Assembly: GCA_050084515.1 (NCBI GenBank)
Contig: CM114271.1
Location: 21,514,001-21,578,000, forward strand
Direction of reading: 5' to 3'
Source: Blasia pusilla
Lineage: Eukaryota
Length of the DNA: 64,000 bases
In this document: positions 32,970-44,800 of the stretch, in pieces
Position numbering within the stretch: the stretch's first letter is position 1
Layout of the letters: every line of letters begins with the position of its first letter
The notes under the pieces: model-generated
Told to the model about the DNA's origin: nothing
The model's database searches: none
The model's input: only the letters and a program-made list of their open reading frames with translations
Program-made: the position numbers and the translations under genes

Positions 32970-34296
32970 CAAGGCTGCACGCAGACTTGTCTCCGTCCCT
33001 AGCTAGGACGGACATGTTTGTACAGGCGCGGGTACCCGCGGCCCATACCTAAGCCCACCCGTCCCGTAACATACACCTGGGCTCGGCCAACCCACATACA
33101 ATCTAAGAATCCCTTGCCTGTTTTGTAGTCTTCACTGCATGGGCGATAGGCCCATGCAGGCTCCAACCCATGGAGGGCAGACTTTGGCATGCAGTGTCGT
33201 GCACCTACTCCTCTTGAATGTCAATCTCAAATGTTGCGGAAGCATATGTTTGGTAGGTCACATTTACTCTACTGACCTACATCCAAACACACTCTAATTA
33301 GTCTTGGTTTGAGTCAACCAACCTTTAAACTTCCCGAGTTCTCAACTCAAGCTATTCATCAAGCTCAACAGGTCCTAACTTGCAAAAATTTTTTGGATAG
33401 TCTTGACACTTAAAACCGCGTTTGTATGTCAAGCGGTCCTAAATTTCCAATGGACTTTGCATGAGTTCCTAACCGAGACCCATGAATTGAGTCTCGAGTT
33501 CGATTCCCTCCCTTGGACTTGGCTTGGTGTTCGCACTCCAACGCTAACCTCCAAATTCATTTGGTGCCCTTAGTTCGCCCCGTGACTCCCCAAAGTGGAG
33601 TTCAAGTCCCAAGCACCCTTTGGAGACACCCTTTCTTTCCCTTACCTTTAGGAAAGTACTCTCGGGCTGCTCATTTTGGCCCTCAGCCCAACTATCCTTC
33701 CGATAGTTTTTGGACAATTTCTTTTGTGTATTGGAATAGGCTTTTCACAAGCTTTCCAACATCTTTTTACTCGTTCCCAATGCATCTCGGTTTTGGCCGT
33801 CATGACCTAAAACACAATAAAACCCCAAACGCTAGTCAAGTTCCAAGTCCGATTCTCATCCTCTTTGGTAACCCAGCCTTCTTAGTCTCAACTCCTCTCA
33901 AGTCTTGGCTCATGTTTTCTCCAGGTTTCCTGATTCACGAGCATTAACACATGAAACACTCTACCTTACTCTTGTATCACATCTTATGTCTCCTTCAAGA
34001 GACCTCTCCAACGTGCATCCATCCTAGTGTGAGCCTATTCGAGTCATAATGTTTCACATCGGCGCACATTTGGTTTTGAGGGTGGTGACATGCCGAGGGT
34101 GTGCCGCATCCCACCCTCTACAAGCCCTGCGCGGATTAATGGCCTCAATGCGGGCTCAGGCTTGGTCGATTCTTGGCCACCTCCCTTAGTCTAAGCTCAC
34201 ACATGTTCCCATGTCTTGAGCTTGCACGGACCATCGGCGGACCGAAAAAACCCGGGCAGGGACCAATTCGGCATAGTTCGTTTCCGTGCAACCTCT
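32970..34296. mobile_element. Non-autonomous TIR element (hAT-like); its interior 33385-34010 has an inverted homolog at ~42990-43685
   Basis: Imperfect TIRs aaggctgcacg / cgtgcaacctc, with gaaggaa as a flanking direct repeat on both sides. Shared block ccaaacgctagtcaagttccaa occurs in opposite orientation near 43150. Confidence 0.6.
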
Positions 34297-35332
34297 GAAG
34301 GAAGTTATATTTCCTTTGGTTTGTAGTTAAATTTCCATTAAATTTATTTATTTAAAAGTATATTTAAAAATTAAAATTTTTATCATATTATTTAAATTAG
34401 GAGCTCATAAACTATAAATAAAATTTTTTAACATGAAATTTTCTATTTTTTATTAAGATATTATTCCCAATTTTTTTAAATGATTCTTTTGTAAACCACA
34501 TGCTATTTCAATCCTAATTTGATAGAAAAGTATAAAGAAATTAGAGATCCATCTTCTTCACCACGTCCTTACTAGGAATGATCTCTTCGTCACCCAATCC
34601 CTTATGAATAAAGAGTCCTAATTAGACATCAAATTGCAAAATGTTTTTAAGGGTACAATAGAAAATGGATAAAAATCCAAGTCTTATTTATCAGATCATA
34701 GATTGGCATATATCTTAGAGTTCCTTGGGAACAAGGATTCCTCATTGGCATATCAAAATGCAAGGACTTCATCGACAAGGAAAGTAGAATCCGCGCATAT
34801 TTCTTATATGTCAAACGACATATCCATTTTGCAATTGTAATCTACTATGGATGTGAATACGGAGTCACAATTGAGCAACCAAAATGCAAGTACATAGTCA
34901 ACAATGAAATGATATTGCACAAACTCCAAGCATTGATTACAACATTTTAGAGATTGTGGCCAGGAAAGTTGTTTTATAAGACCATGAAAGAAGAAAGAAA
35001 GAAAGAAAACAAGATGAGAGAAGAGTAGGAATAAAATAGCAACAACATCATGTATTCATTTAATTAGCTCGGCCAAAGAAAGCTTTCTTGAATCAACCAG
35101 ATGCATTTCATGAGGTTGATTCAAGATATTTTATCTCTACTTGATTCAATTGGCTAGGGCAAGGCAATGAGAGAAGAGGGTTGTAGATCTTAGAAAGCAT
35201 GAGAATGCAATAGTACTGAGCGCATTCAATTTTCCCATTAGTGAGGAAGATAGTGGAATTTACTAGCAGAACCAATTAAATAGCCCTAGTTGTACTCGAC
35301 AAAATTGGTGAGGAAGGTAATGGAATTTACTA

Positions 35333-35915
35333 TGTCACATCTTAGTGGCCGATAGGCATAGATCTATCGTGGTGACGGTGTAGAGAGCCATGGGACTGTC
35401 GTGAGTGTAACTTCGTCCCGAGATGTCGGATGAGGTTGGCAACATGTGTGTTGCATCGGCAACGTCGTTTATGGCGATGTCCCTAGTTTTCTCTTAGTCC
35501 ATCAAGTGACCAATTGACCGAGTCAACGGTCATCTGGTAACCTGTGCACGCAGGTTACCGTTATGAGGGCTATTTTTGGGTATAAGAGTGAGAGAGATGG
35601 CTTTCTCAAGCCATCTTTCTCATGTTGAGCCTTAGGAGCACCTCTCTTGCATGTAGGTGTGTGGGTGTGTAGGAACTAGGGTGCTAGCGTCCGTATTCCC
35701 TCATAGTGGAGGGTGGATGTGGTTCGATATACCAATGTAGATTCATAAGTGGAGTTTTAGGCCGGGTGAGCCGTTTCTACTACTCTGATTTTTGTTGTGG
35801 GGTCTCGATGTATATGTGTGATTTTGCTTTGTTTATGGTTAGATCGACCCGTATGTTGGGAAGATCGGTGTTGTGTGGTGTGTAGATGTGACCAGCGATG
35901 TGTACGTGCACGACA
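35333..35915 (+). mobile_element. Solo A-B terminal unit of family 1 with a 4-bp TSD (ACTA)
   Basis: TGTCAC...CACGACA, colinear with 9244-9790. ACTA at 35329-35332 and 35916-35919. The neighbouring copy of a ~67-bp tandem repeat shows the empty site ggaatttACTAgcagaacc. Confidence 0.92.
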
Positions 35916-36387
35916 ACTAGCACAACCAATCAAATGACCCTAGTTGTACTCGACGAAACTAATATGCTAGATTATAAGAGTTTTTATGCCACAAAATATG
36001 GGTACATACATGAAGCGAGAAAGACATACCAAATTGGAGTTGGAGGAAACCATAGCATGTTGAAGAAGATGAGCATGGTGGCTGTAAATGGAATAAAGCC
36101 TAAAGTAATCTTTTAAAATACCTAGAAAATTTCTCTATTGGACTACAATCTTGCATTATGTGGTACATCACTTTGTTGTGTCTAGGTCTATGTTTGGGTA
36201 TTGTATGAAGTTAACATAATCCATGGCGGTGGCTGATTTTTAGCAACCATTTTGTGTTCCACGAGAGGAGGCCTTTGTGATCATCAAGTTCAGTGGAAAT
36301 ATCTACATATGCCAGATACAATGTGTTTAGGATGGGGATTTAAACTAGGGACAAGCCCTAGCCTTTGAGGAGAAAATTTAGTGTTAT

Positions 36388-39300
36388 CTATATCTTCATA
36401 AGATCTGCCATGATTGGGTTGCTATTGATATCATCAAAGCGAACATCCTTCATCATCTTGGCCTTTCTACAAGAGTACCAAAAAGAGAGCATGTGAGTGT
36501 ATGGCAACCAACCACTTAAATTTACTAGTTAGCATGCTTGTGCTTGCACATGAGAATGATTTTTTTAATAATTTAAACATATTTTTCATTTCAAAATTTA
36601 AGTATAATTTCCAATTTTTTAAATCTTAAAAGATTAATAAAATTTCACGTTTAAATAATACCCAACTCCCCTAAATAATTTCAATCCTCCACAAAAATTT
36701 GAACAATACCTACTCTTCCCCTTTGAGTCTTCCCACCAATCCAAAAATTAAATGATTTTTTTAATTAAAGAAACAACTTCCATTTTCCACTCAAATTGAT
36801 TTTCCTTTCCCAAAATATCAAAAGGGAATTAACATGATTATTTTAAAATAATAAAAATAAATAAAAAATTCTATTCCCGCATATCTTAGAAGAGTAACAA
36901 CACTTTCTAAGTAATTTCACTCCTCAATTAATATTTAAATGATATCCTACTCCCCTAAATAATTCTATCCTATAATAAAATTTAAGCAATAGAGATACTC
37001 TTTTTCCATTAAAATTAATTTTCAATGAATTTTAATGGAATTAAGGAAAAAAATTCTAAAATATTTGTCCTTTTTTCGTGTTATCTCACTTTTTCTCACA
37101 TAAGATCATCCATTACAATATTAATTAAAGAAAATTTCAATTATTTATTAATTAAATTACTTTTCCTCCTCGAGTCAAATCCATTCTCTCTACCCATCTA
37201 ATATGACTCAAGGAAAAGGATTCAAACATGTTGCTCTTTTTTCTTATTATCCCACTAATTTGTCTTATTTTCCATGTAAGATCTCCCACTGTAATATAGA
37301 TAAGGAAGAAATTGAAAATGGTAAGTTTTTTTATTCTTGCAATGGTAGAGACACAAAGATGAACCATTAAATTCACTCACAGGTCTTGATGCAATGCTGA
37401 GATTGTTGGTGCAGGTATATCCTTGTTGCGTCTGGCGATAAAGTTGATCAACAAGAAGAACAATTGCATTGGAAGTCTTTCTCCGGACAAGGATCCAAAC
37501 ACCTTGAAGATGCCTCTCATTATGGCCACAAAACTCTGCCCCACAAACATCAATCTATCAAGTAGGGCATGCAAGAAAACTATGGAAAGTTATTCTACTT
37601 CAAACAAGTGAAGGAAGCTAGATGGGCAAAAGAAGTTTTCATGACAAGAAATTTTCATTTGCTGAAAAAATGGAGATGAGAATTTTTCCAAAGAGAGCTC
37701 AAAATAGAGAAGAAAGAGGGTTTTATTTTCCCTCAAACATTTAGTAACTTGCCATGGCAAAGTTTTCTTGATGAGAAAGGCCAAAAAGGTTTTAGAAGAA
37801 AAGAGGGTTTACAAAAACGAAATTTGGATGGTTTTGAAATTTACTAGGAAATTAAGAAGAGTATTTCATTTTCAATCACACCACACAATCATGCATACCA
37901 ATATGTACATGGTTTGCAAAATTTACATCAATTGAAAGGAATCTTATTTTTGTTTCATTTATTGTATATCACGTGCTCTCTCAAAGAAGTGGTTCTAGTG
38001 GTTGCATCCTAAAAAAATTCATAACATACAATTATCAATTTCTCATTGAAAAGCCTTTTTCTAAATGCTACAAAACAAAATAGTGACATTCCTTCCCCAT
38101 TCATCCCTTTCTCTTCTTCTTTTTCTTAAGATTTAAAATAGAATGTAAATCATGATTAGAATTTGGACGGTGGGGATAGCAATTCCATTAATTTGAGGAA
38201 TCAATCATTTGAAATGTGGGAGGGTAATTTTTCTACCCTAAGGAGCTCGAAGGTATCTCTCATAAATCTACATAGATTATGGATACCCAAGTGAATGGCA
38301 TATTATAAGCAAAAGGTCATACAATAAGTGAATTGATATTCATGACCATACACAACCTATATGCACCATGCATTTGACAAATATTTTCAAATGAAATCTA
38401 AATTTACTTATTAGCATTACTTATAGAAGAAAGCTTCTTAATTGGTCCAAAGCCTTCATACAATAAGTGAATTGATATTCATGACCATACACAACCTATA
38501 TGCACCATGCATTTGACAATTTTTTTCAAATGAAATCTAAATTTACTTCTTAACATTACTTATAGAAGAAAGCTTCTTAATGGGCCCAAAGCCTCCACTC
38601 TTTTATTATCTACCTTCCGTTTGATATCCATGTTTGTTTACAAGAGTAACAAGAAAATATTTTGAAAATTACCCCACAAATTTTCATGGCCCTAAGACCT
38701 TTATCCATCCTATAGGCTACACATTGGCACACCATGAGGATAAGGAACAAAGTAACTTTCCCCACCTCCACACATCACCAAAAGGCATGCCCCCATTCAT
38801 TTGCAAAGACCTATTATTTCTATCCTAGAATCCCCTTCCTTGTGGTCACCATGCATGAGGCATAGCACCTACGCCTTCTACCTATTTTGCATAAAAAAAC
38901 ATATTGGCAAATACGATACTCCCATCATTTATTCCATAAATTATTAAAAAGTCCACTCTACAAAGGAATATTTCGACAAAATGATAATTGGATCATTGTT
39001 CTACAAAATGAAAAGTACAAGAAATTAGGGATTTTCCTCGCACTTGCATGGGACCAAGCACATAGAACTCAATCCCTTTGAGGCGAGCGATTTCACAACA
39101 ATCTTGAAACTTGTGATCAACTTACATCTTAATTAACCGGGGAACTTATTTCAATTGGATCACAATATAGGATCCTTCATTCTCAACGGCGAAATTAGGT
39201 GTTCGCAAAGGATCCACACACACATACATGGGGGAAGTCTTTATCCAATTGTATGCGATGATCGAGAAGAAACTACTCTCAACTAAGATCCAACTTAAAT

Positions 39301-41032
39301 TTGTGATCTAACAAACAAACTACAAAGACTTTAGGAACTTTTGCAAAAAAATTCCGTGGTACTAGATACTTAGTAGCCAAGGTCATGTCCACGTCCACAT
39401 TATTAGGGGAATGTTTCCTCTTGATATTTGCACACTTCTCCTTTAGACATTACTACTTAGTACCCGTGAGGACATATACGCGTCGGGTTTAGAGTGGGCA
39501 TATGTATTATGTCGGGTTTGGGGTTGGCATGTGTATACACGGGGCCTGGTTTAGGGTGTAAGATGTCGCCATGTCATAAAGGCTCCTAAAATTATAGTAT
39601 AGATGTTTTCAACCAATTAAATCTTGGCATGAATCCTTAGATAATTTGGAGTGGAGTGTAGTGATCAATTAATAATACCGATGGGTAGTTAAATTCCCAC
39701 CAGTAGCCCCTGTATCTATTAGTCCACCTTGGACATCATAGAATGGCTTAGGGCTAGATCCCATGGACGGCCACATGGGTCCCAAGGACCGATTCTTTGC
39801 AGTCGCATAACAAAAGAAATCATTGGACGACAGTGTGCTACACATCTCCTGCACCCAAAACGTTTGAAGGCATGGGATCCGGCCCTAAGAGGCTAACTAC
39901 TCAAGATTTCAGGAATATGAATTCACTCGCGGAGTGACCCGATCCCGTCGTACTGAACAATGGCATGTTTGATAATCGGGTTGATGAGTAGAAGTTGGAG
40001 TATGAGAAACACGAAAGTACCTTTGCTGTGGACGTGATGAGTAGGACTATAACTTCCTTCGGATCGATAAGATCAGACGGAAAGTTGGCCAATTTGAAAA
40101 TGTTGTCGCACGCATTGGAAGCAATCCCGCACTTCGTCAGGATTGCGCGCATGGGCTCTTGGTCTGTGAACTCCAGATCCTTGCACTTTTCCCAGACTGA
40201 GATGAGCTGCACATGGCAAGATCGATGGGTCAGGCAAGAAGAAAAGAGTGTGAGGCTATGGTGTAGAGTCTTCGCACACGATCGTTGGTTGAGATTCTCG
40301 ACCAAATATGGGACACTTGGCTCTAATCCTCGTAGACTTTCATGGGAACGCAACGAGCGACCCACGAGTGGCTACAATCGCATGAGGTGCTTTATGCAGT
40401 GTCGACTGTCAGTGCGGTGTGCGCGAGAATCGATGGAGGCGAGTCTGTGTGCGCACAACGAGTCGGGATATCACAGGAGAGACATCACCACAATGGCTTT
40501 CCTCTGGTGTACTTCAGCGGTCGGTCCGCACAAGGACGGACGGATGCACTACAAGTCACCGAAAAATCTAGATTTACGCCGAGTCATTCGCCGCAATCAG
40601 CTGTTTCTCGACACCAAACCTACACGGGAGGAACCGTTGGACCAAACTCGTGCATCCCCGGATTTCTCCGCAGCAGTTGACCTCCGGAACTGCATTCCGT
40701 CTCCGAGCAATGTCGTGGAGAAGAAGAAGAAGTTGACCTAAGATGAAGGTACCGCGATTCTATATGCACTGATACGTCAGGAGGGAGCCGGAGACCGCGA
40801 GCGATCGGGCATCCAGGAAGGAAACCTGCGGAATGGTCGGAGGAGGAGCGGTATCATCAAGCTTGACGGTAGCAGCGAGCTTCTCGAAATACTTCCATGC
40901 GAATGTTTCTAGATCTTTAGGGTTGTGACGGATCGCTTCCTTACAAAACACTTTCAGCATCGCCGGGAGGCCTTCGGGAATGATTATCTGCTCCACGCAG
41001 TATATGGGATTCTGATCCAGAAGGTTCGTCAT
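36388..41032 (-). CDS. RSP11: Radial spoke protein 11 / ropporin-1-like RIIa (D/D) domain protein, 208 aa; exons 40826-41032, 40021-40206, 37381-37535, 36388-36466
   Basis: PIYCVEQIIIPEGLPAMLKVFCKEAIRHNPKDLETFAWKYFEKL is a ROPN1L/RSP11-type RIIa domain. Four GT-AG exons join in frame (207+186+155+79 nt). Exon 3 SFVAIMRGIFKVF parallels the C-terminal half of Chlamydomonas RSP11 as I recall it. Confidence 0.85.
38317..38595. repeat. 139-bp tandem duplication in RSP11 intron 2
   Basis: tcatacaataagtgaattgatattc...ccaaagcct occurs twice with few mismatches. Confidence 0.9.
39751..39885. mobile_element. Small MITE (PIF/Harbinger-like) in RSP11 intron 2
   Basis: 15-bp TIR gggctagatcccatg / catgggatccggccc (2 mismatches), flanked by tta and taa. 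Confidence 0.55.
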
Positions 41033-41632
41033 TTTGCAGCTGCTGATCCTCTTCTTCCTCAGCAATCTGAAGAATCGTCATACAATCCCACGCAATTGGC
41101 CCATCCCGACCCACCCTCTCACCATTCACACGCGGTTACGCGATGATGATCCCTAAACCTTTCGATCTGATGTGGTGAAGCCAGTTCTGGAGGTATCCAG
41201 ACGACAGATCGACTCGCTCGTTCGTTACGAAGCCTCGCAGGAACGGTTCGGAAGTGGCGGAATCCACGAAAAGGACGACAATCGACTACAGCGCACATAT
41301 CGTGGAGCCTGGAATGAGTTACGCAGACTAACCGGAGCGTTCTGTCCTAATATCATGGCCAATCCTTTGTAGAGCGTCAAATGACAAGATGTCTAACTGC
41401 TGTGTACTCCCCTGAACATTACGTTACTGCGTCTGCTGATCTGGTTGCGGAGTGTTCTCGCCGGGACATCATGGGACTGAGAATGCTGACAGTTCCATGA
41501 GAACTGCAGCCAAAGGAAGATTGCCAAAACACTCGTCCACATAGATGCGCACGCTGGCGGAAGTCTGAGGTGACGGTTTAATAGAGAAAAAAAAACCACG
41601 GGCGGTCTTGAGACGGGTATGTGAGAGAAGAA

Positions 41633-41887
41633 TCTATATTATTACGGGAGAGGACTTATACGGGGCTTTTTGAAACCTCTAATTAATTGATAAGTGTCCT
41701 CTTCCCACTAATCTATATTACTATGAGAGAGTGCACTTATTAGGGGTTTTTTTTTTGTGAGACCGGTCTTTTTTGGCCTTTAATTGATTGATAGGTGTTA
41801 TATTTCCCAATTATCTCTTCTGAAACCCGAGCTTTCGTCTTCTCGAACAAATTTTATTAATCCGTGCAAAGCACGGACACGGGCTAG
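41633..41887 (+). mobile_element. Short non-autonomous Helitron-like element upstream of RSP11
   Basis: 5' a|TCTATATTA (repeated at ~41712) and 3' hairpin CCGTGC-AAA-GCACGG followed by CTAG. A second decayed hairpin plus TTAG lies at 42103-42130. Confidence 0.6.
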
Positions 41888-44800
41888 CTAATTATTATAC
41901 CGGTGTTATAATTAATTTTTATGTGAAGGCCGTAAATACTCGTGTGAAGGACATGTGGATAGGTTAGATAGTGAGGGAAAAAAACAGCGAGAGTATGTAA
42001 AGGCCATGAAGAAAAAAAATACCTTATCACAAATCCCCATGCTATGCTGAGATCAGACTGGGAATCAAACGAGATAATTGATATTAACTCTCGTAAATTT
42101 GCCTCGTGCATCACACGGGCGTCCATTAGTAAAAGATAATGTAACACATGAGAAGGGCGAGGAGGGGAGCCTTAGAGGTCCAGGAAACACAAAGATCAAA
42201 ATACAAGAAAAAAATAAAGGAACCCCCTAAAATCTAAATTTACAAACAAAAAAATAATATCAACACAACTAAGAAGAATTTATAAAAGATTTTAAGGACA
42301 ATTGAGACTTAAGTCACATGGGATCACATTGCACAATGTTCTCCTACTCATCTGGCTAACTAATTGGGCCACCCAGCCACCATTGCTACCATATGTTAGA
42401 ATAGTTGGTCATTAAGAACCCTGAAACCTCATCCGATAAGCAAAATTGGAATACTTTGTTTATGACTTGCAACAATACAATACAACATACCGCACTAGTT
42501 GGATGAAAAGATTAAGATTGTGTACATAAGATTAATGAAGGGTAGAGCACGATACCTATTATTATTTTATGAATATTGTTGATTGATCTAGATTAAGATC
42601 GTATAATGTGAGAGCTTTTAGGCCTTTGTGAAGTTTAGGGTTAGAAGCTTCAATACACAATTTGGAATTTGTTCTTCTCCCAATGGGCTTAGCATTCCTT
42701 TCTTGTTTGCGTTAGAACCTTGTTCACTTCATCTCCTGCCTAGATAACAAATCGAAAGCATAGTCTAAATCCCACTCCCCCAAATAAAGAGGGAGATATT
42801 ACGAATACTGACACAATATCAGCTAACATAGTCTTTACATAAGTTTTTCTGCCACTCATTGCAACAGATTGAAATGAACCTCCCAATTCATGATACAATT
42901 GACCTTTTCTCGCGACCCTCATAGCCAAACATGCGTCAAGGCGGAACATCAAAACTCTAATGGGCTTATACTAGGATGGTTGCATATTAGAGAGGTCTCT
43001 TGAATTAGACACAAGATGTGAGACGCGTGTAAGATTGACCATTTCACGTATTATGGTCACGACTTGAACCTCAATCAAATGTGAACCAAGATTCGAGAGG
43101 AGTCGAGCCTAGGAAGAGTGGGTTGCCAAGGAGGATGAGACCAAAATTGGAACTTGACTAGCGTTTGGGTTTTCACTGTGTTTTATTTCATAACAGTCAG
43201 GCCCAACATGCGTTTGAAATGAGTAAGATGGCGTTAGAAAGCTTATGCAAAGCCAGTTCCAACGTGTAAAAGATCTAGATAAACACATAAGCACATGTCA
43301 AGAAATTGCCTAGAAAGTATTGGAAGGATAGTTGGATTGAGAGCTAAAAGCAACGGTCCGAAGGGGTCTTTCCCAAAGATAAGGAGAGGGTGGAGAACCC
43401 TAGAATTATATATAAGGGTAATTTTTTCCCATGGTGCTAAGGACATGAACTCCACTTTAGGGAGCCACGGGGCGAACCAAGGGCATGTAATGGATCAAGA
43501 GGTTTGCATTGGGATGCGGACACCAAGCCAAGTCCAAGTGAGTGGATTCTACAGGTCCTTCTTGGATTCCAACACATGACTCATTTTTGGGTCTTGATTA
43601 GGGATTCATGCGAGGTCCATTGGACAAATAAAACAACTAGGCGTGCGAGCGCCATTTTAGGTACATGGACTATCCAAAAAATGTAAGTATGTCTTTCATA
43701 GCATCAAAGAAGAAGTTGGACAAATCCACAATAATCCTACACTGCATGCTTCTACACAAGTCCACAAACACACACTTATTGAGACTTTCCAAAAGCTACT
43801 AACCAATTTTCAATGTGAAAAAGGCCCATGATCAAAACGACTCAATGCTCCCAAGGCAAAAATCTGGAAAAGATTACCAAATGAACCTTTGCTTCCGTTC
43901 CAACACTTTTGAACCTTAGTGATCAAAAGATTCCATTGACCCATCTATCATAACACCCTACTAGTAAAGGGCATGCTTGCCAATCCTTGGAAGGTCTTCA
44001 TGCATTACAATGCTCTTTTACTGCAAATTGGATCCACAAGACTATTTGGTGAAAGTGTCATATTAAAAAAAAACATCTATAGTCACTCCATAATTAGATG
44101 TCACAAAATAATATAATGCATTGTGTGAAACCATCATGCACTACATTCACCACACATAGCCTAGCAAAGGATTGTTGATCTAAGATTAAGGCAATACATT
44201 GGAGAAAACTTACCTCTTAATCATAAAGATTGAACAAAAGATATCTCAAATTTTGTCTAAGTTTGTGATAGATATAAAGTCTACCTTATCATTTAAAATT
44301 TGATCATAACATCTCTTGTGTAATCCACTATGGCTATCCAAAGGCGTAGCACGTCAACACCCTTTCTAAGCTCTCTCTCTCTCTCTCTCTCAAAGAGAGA
44401 AATTACATGTGGTAGTTTTAACCAATGCTACTCAATGGCACCGTGGATAATTTAGGGTTAATTTTGGATTTAATGAAGTTTACGATCAATTTAGGTTCTG
44501 CAAATCAGGGGTCAATTAAGGTTATTATGGATAGCTTAAATTACCCATCAATAGCACTCGTACATTGCCCTTAGAGAGTGTCCCTTTTATTTTTGAATAT
44601 CTCTCTCATTGATATTTGAAAATTTTAGCTGATCAGGTCTTCACACGTATTATTGGATAATTTCATATCAATTTTGGAGTAAATCAAGTTTAGGGCCAAT
44701 TCGGGATGTGTAAGTTCGTAGTCAATTAAGGTAATGATGGGTAATTAAAATTATCCATCATTAGCCCCTAGTGAAGAAAGATAGGAACTCATGTTTGTAC

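Noticed and set aside
39995-40741. 248-aa plus-strand ORF
   Set aside because: It is antisense to RSP11 exon 2 and intron 1, has a non-ATG start, and shows no domain.
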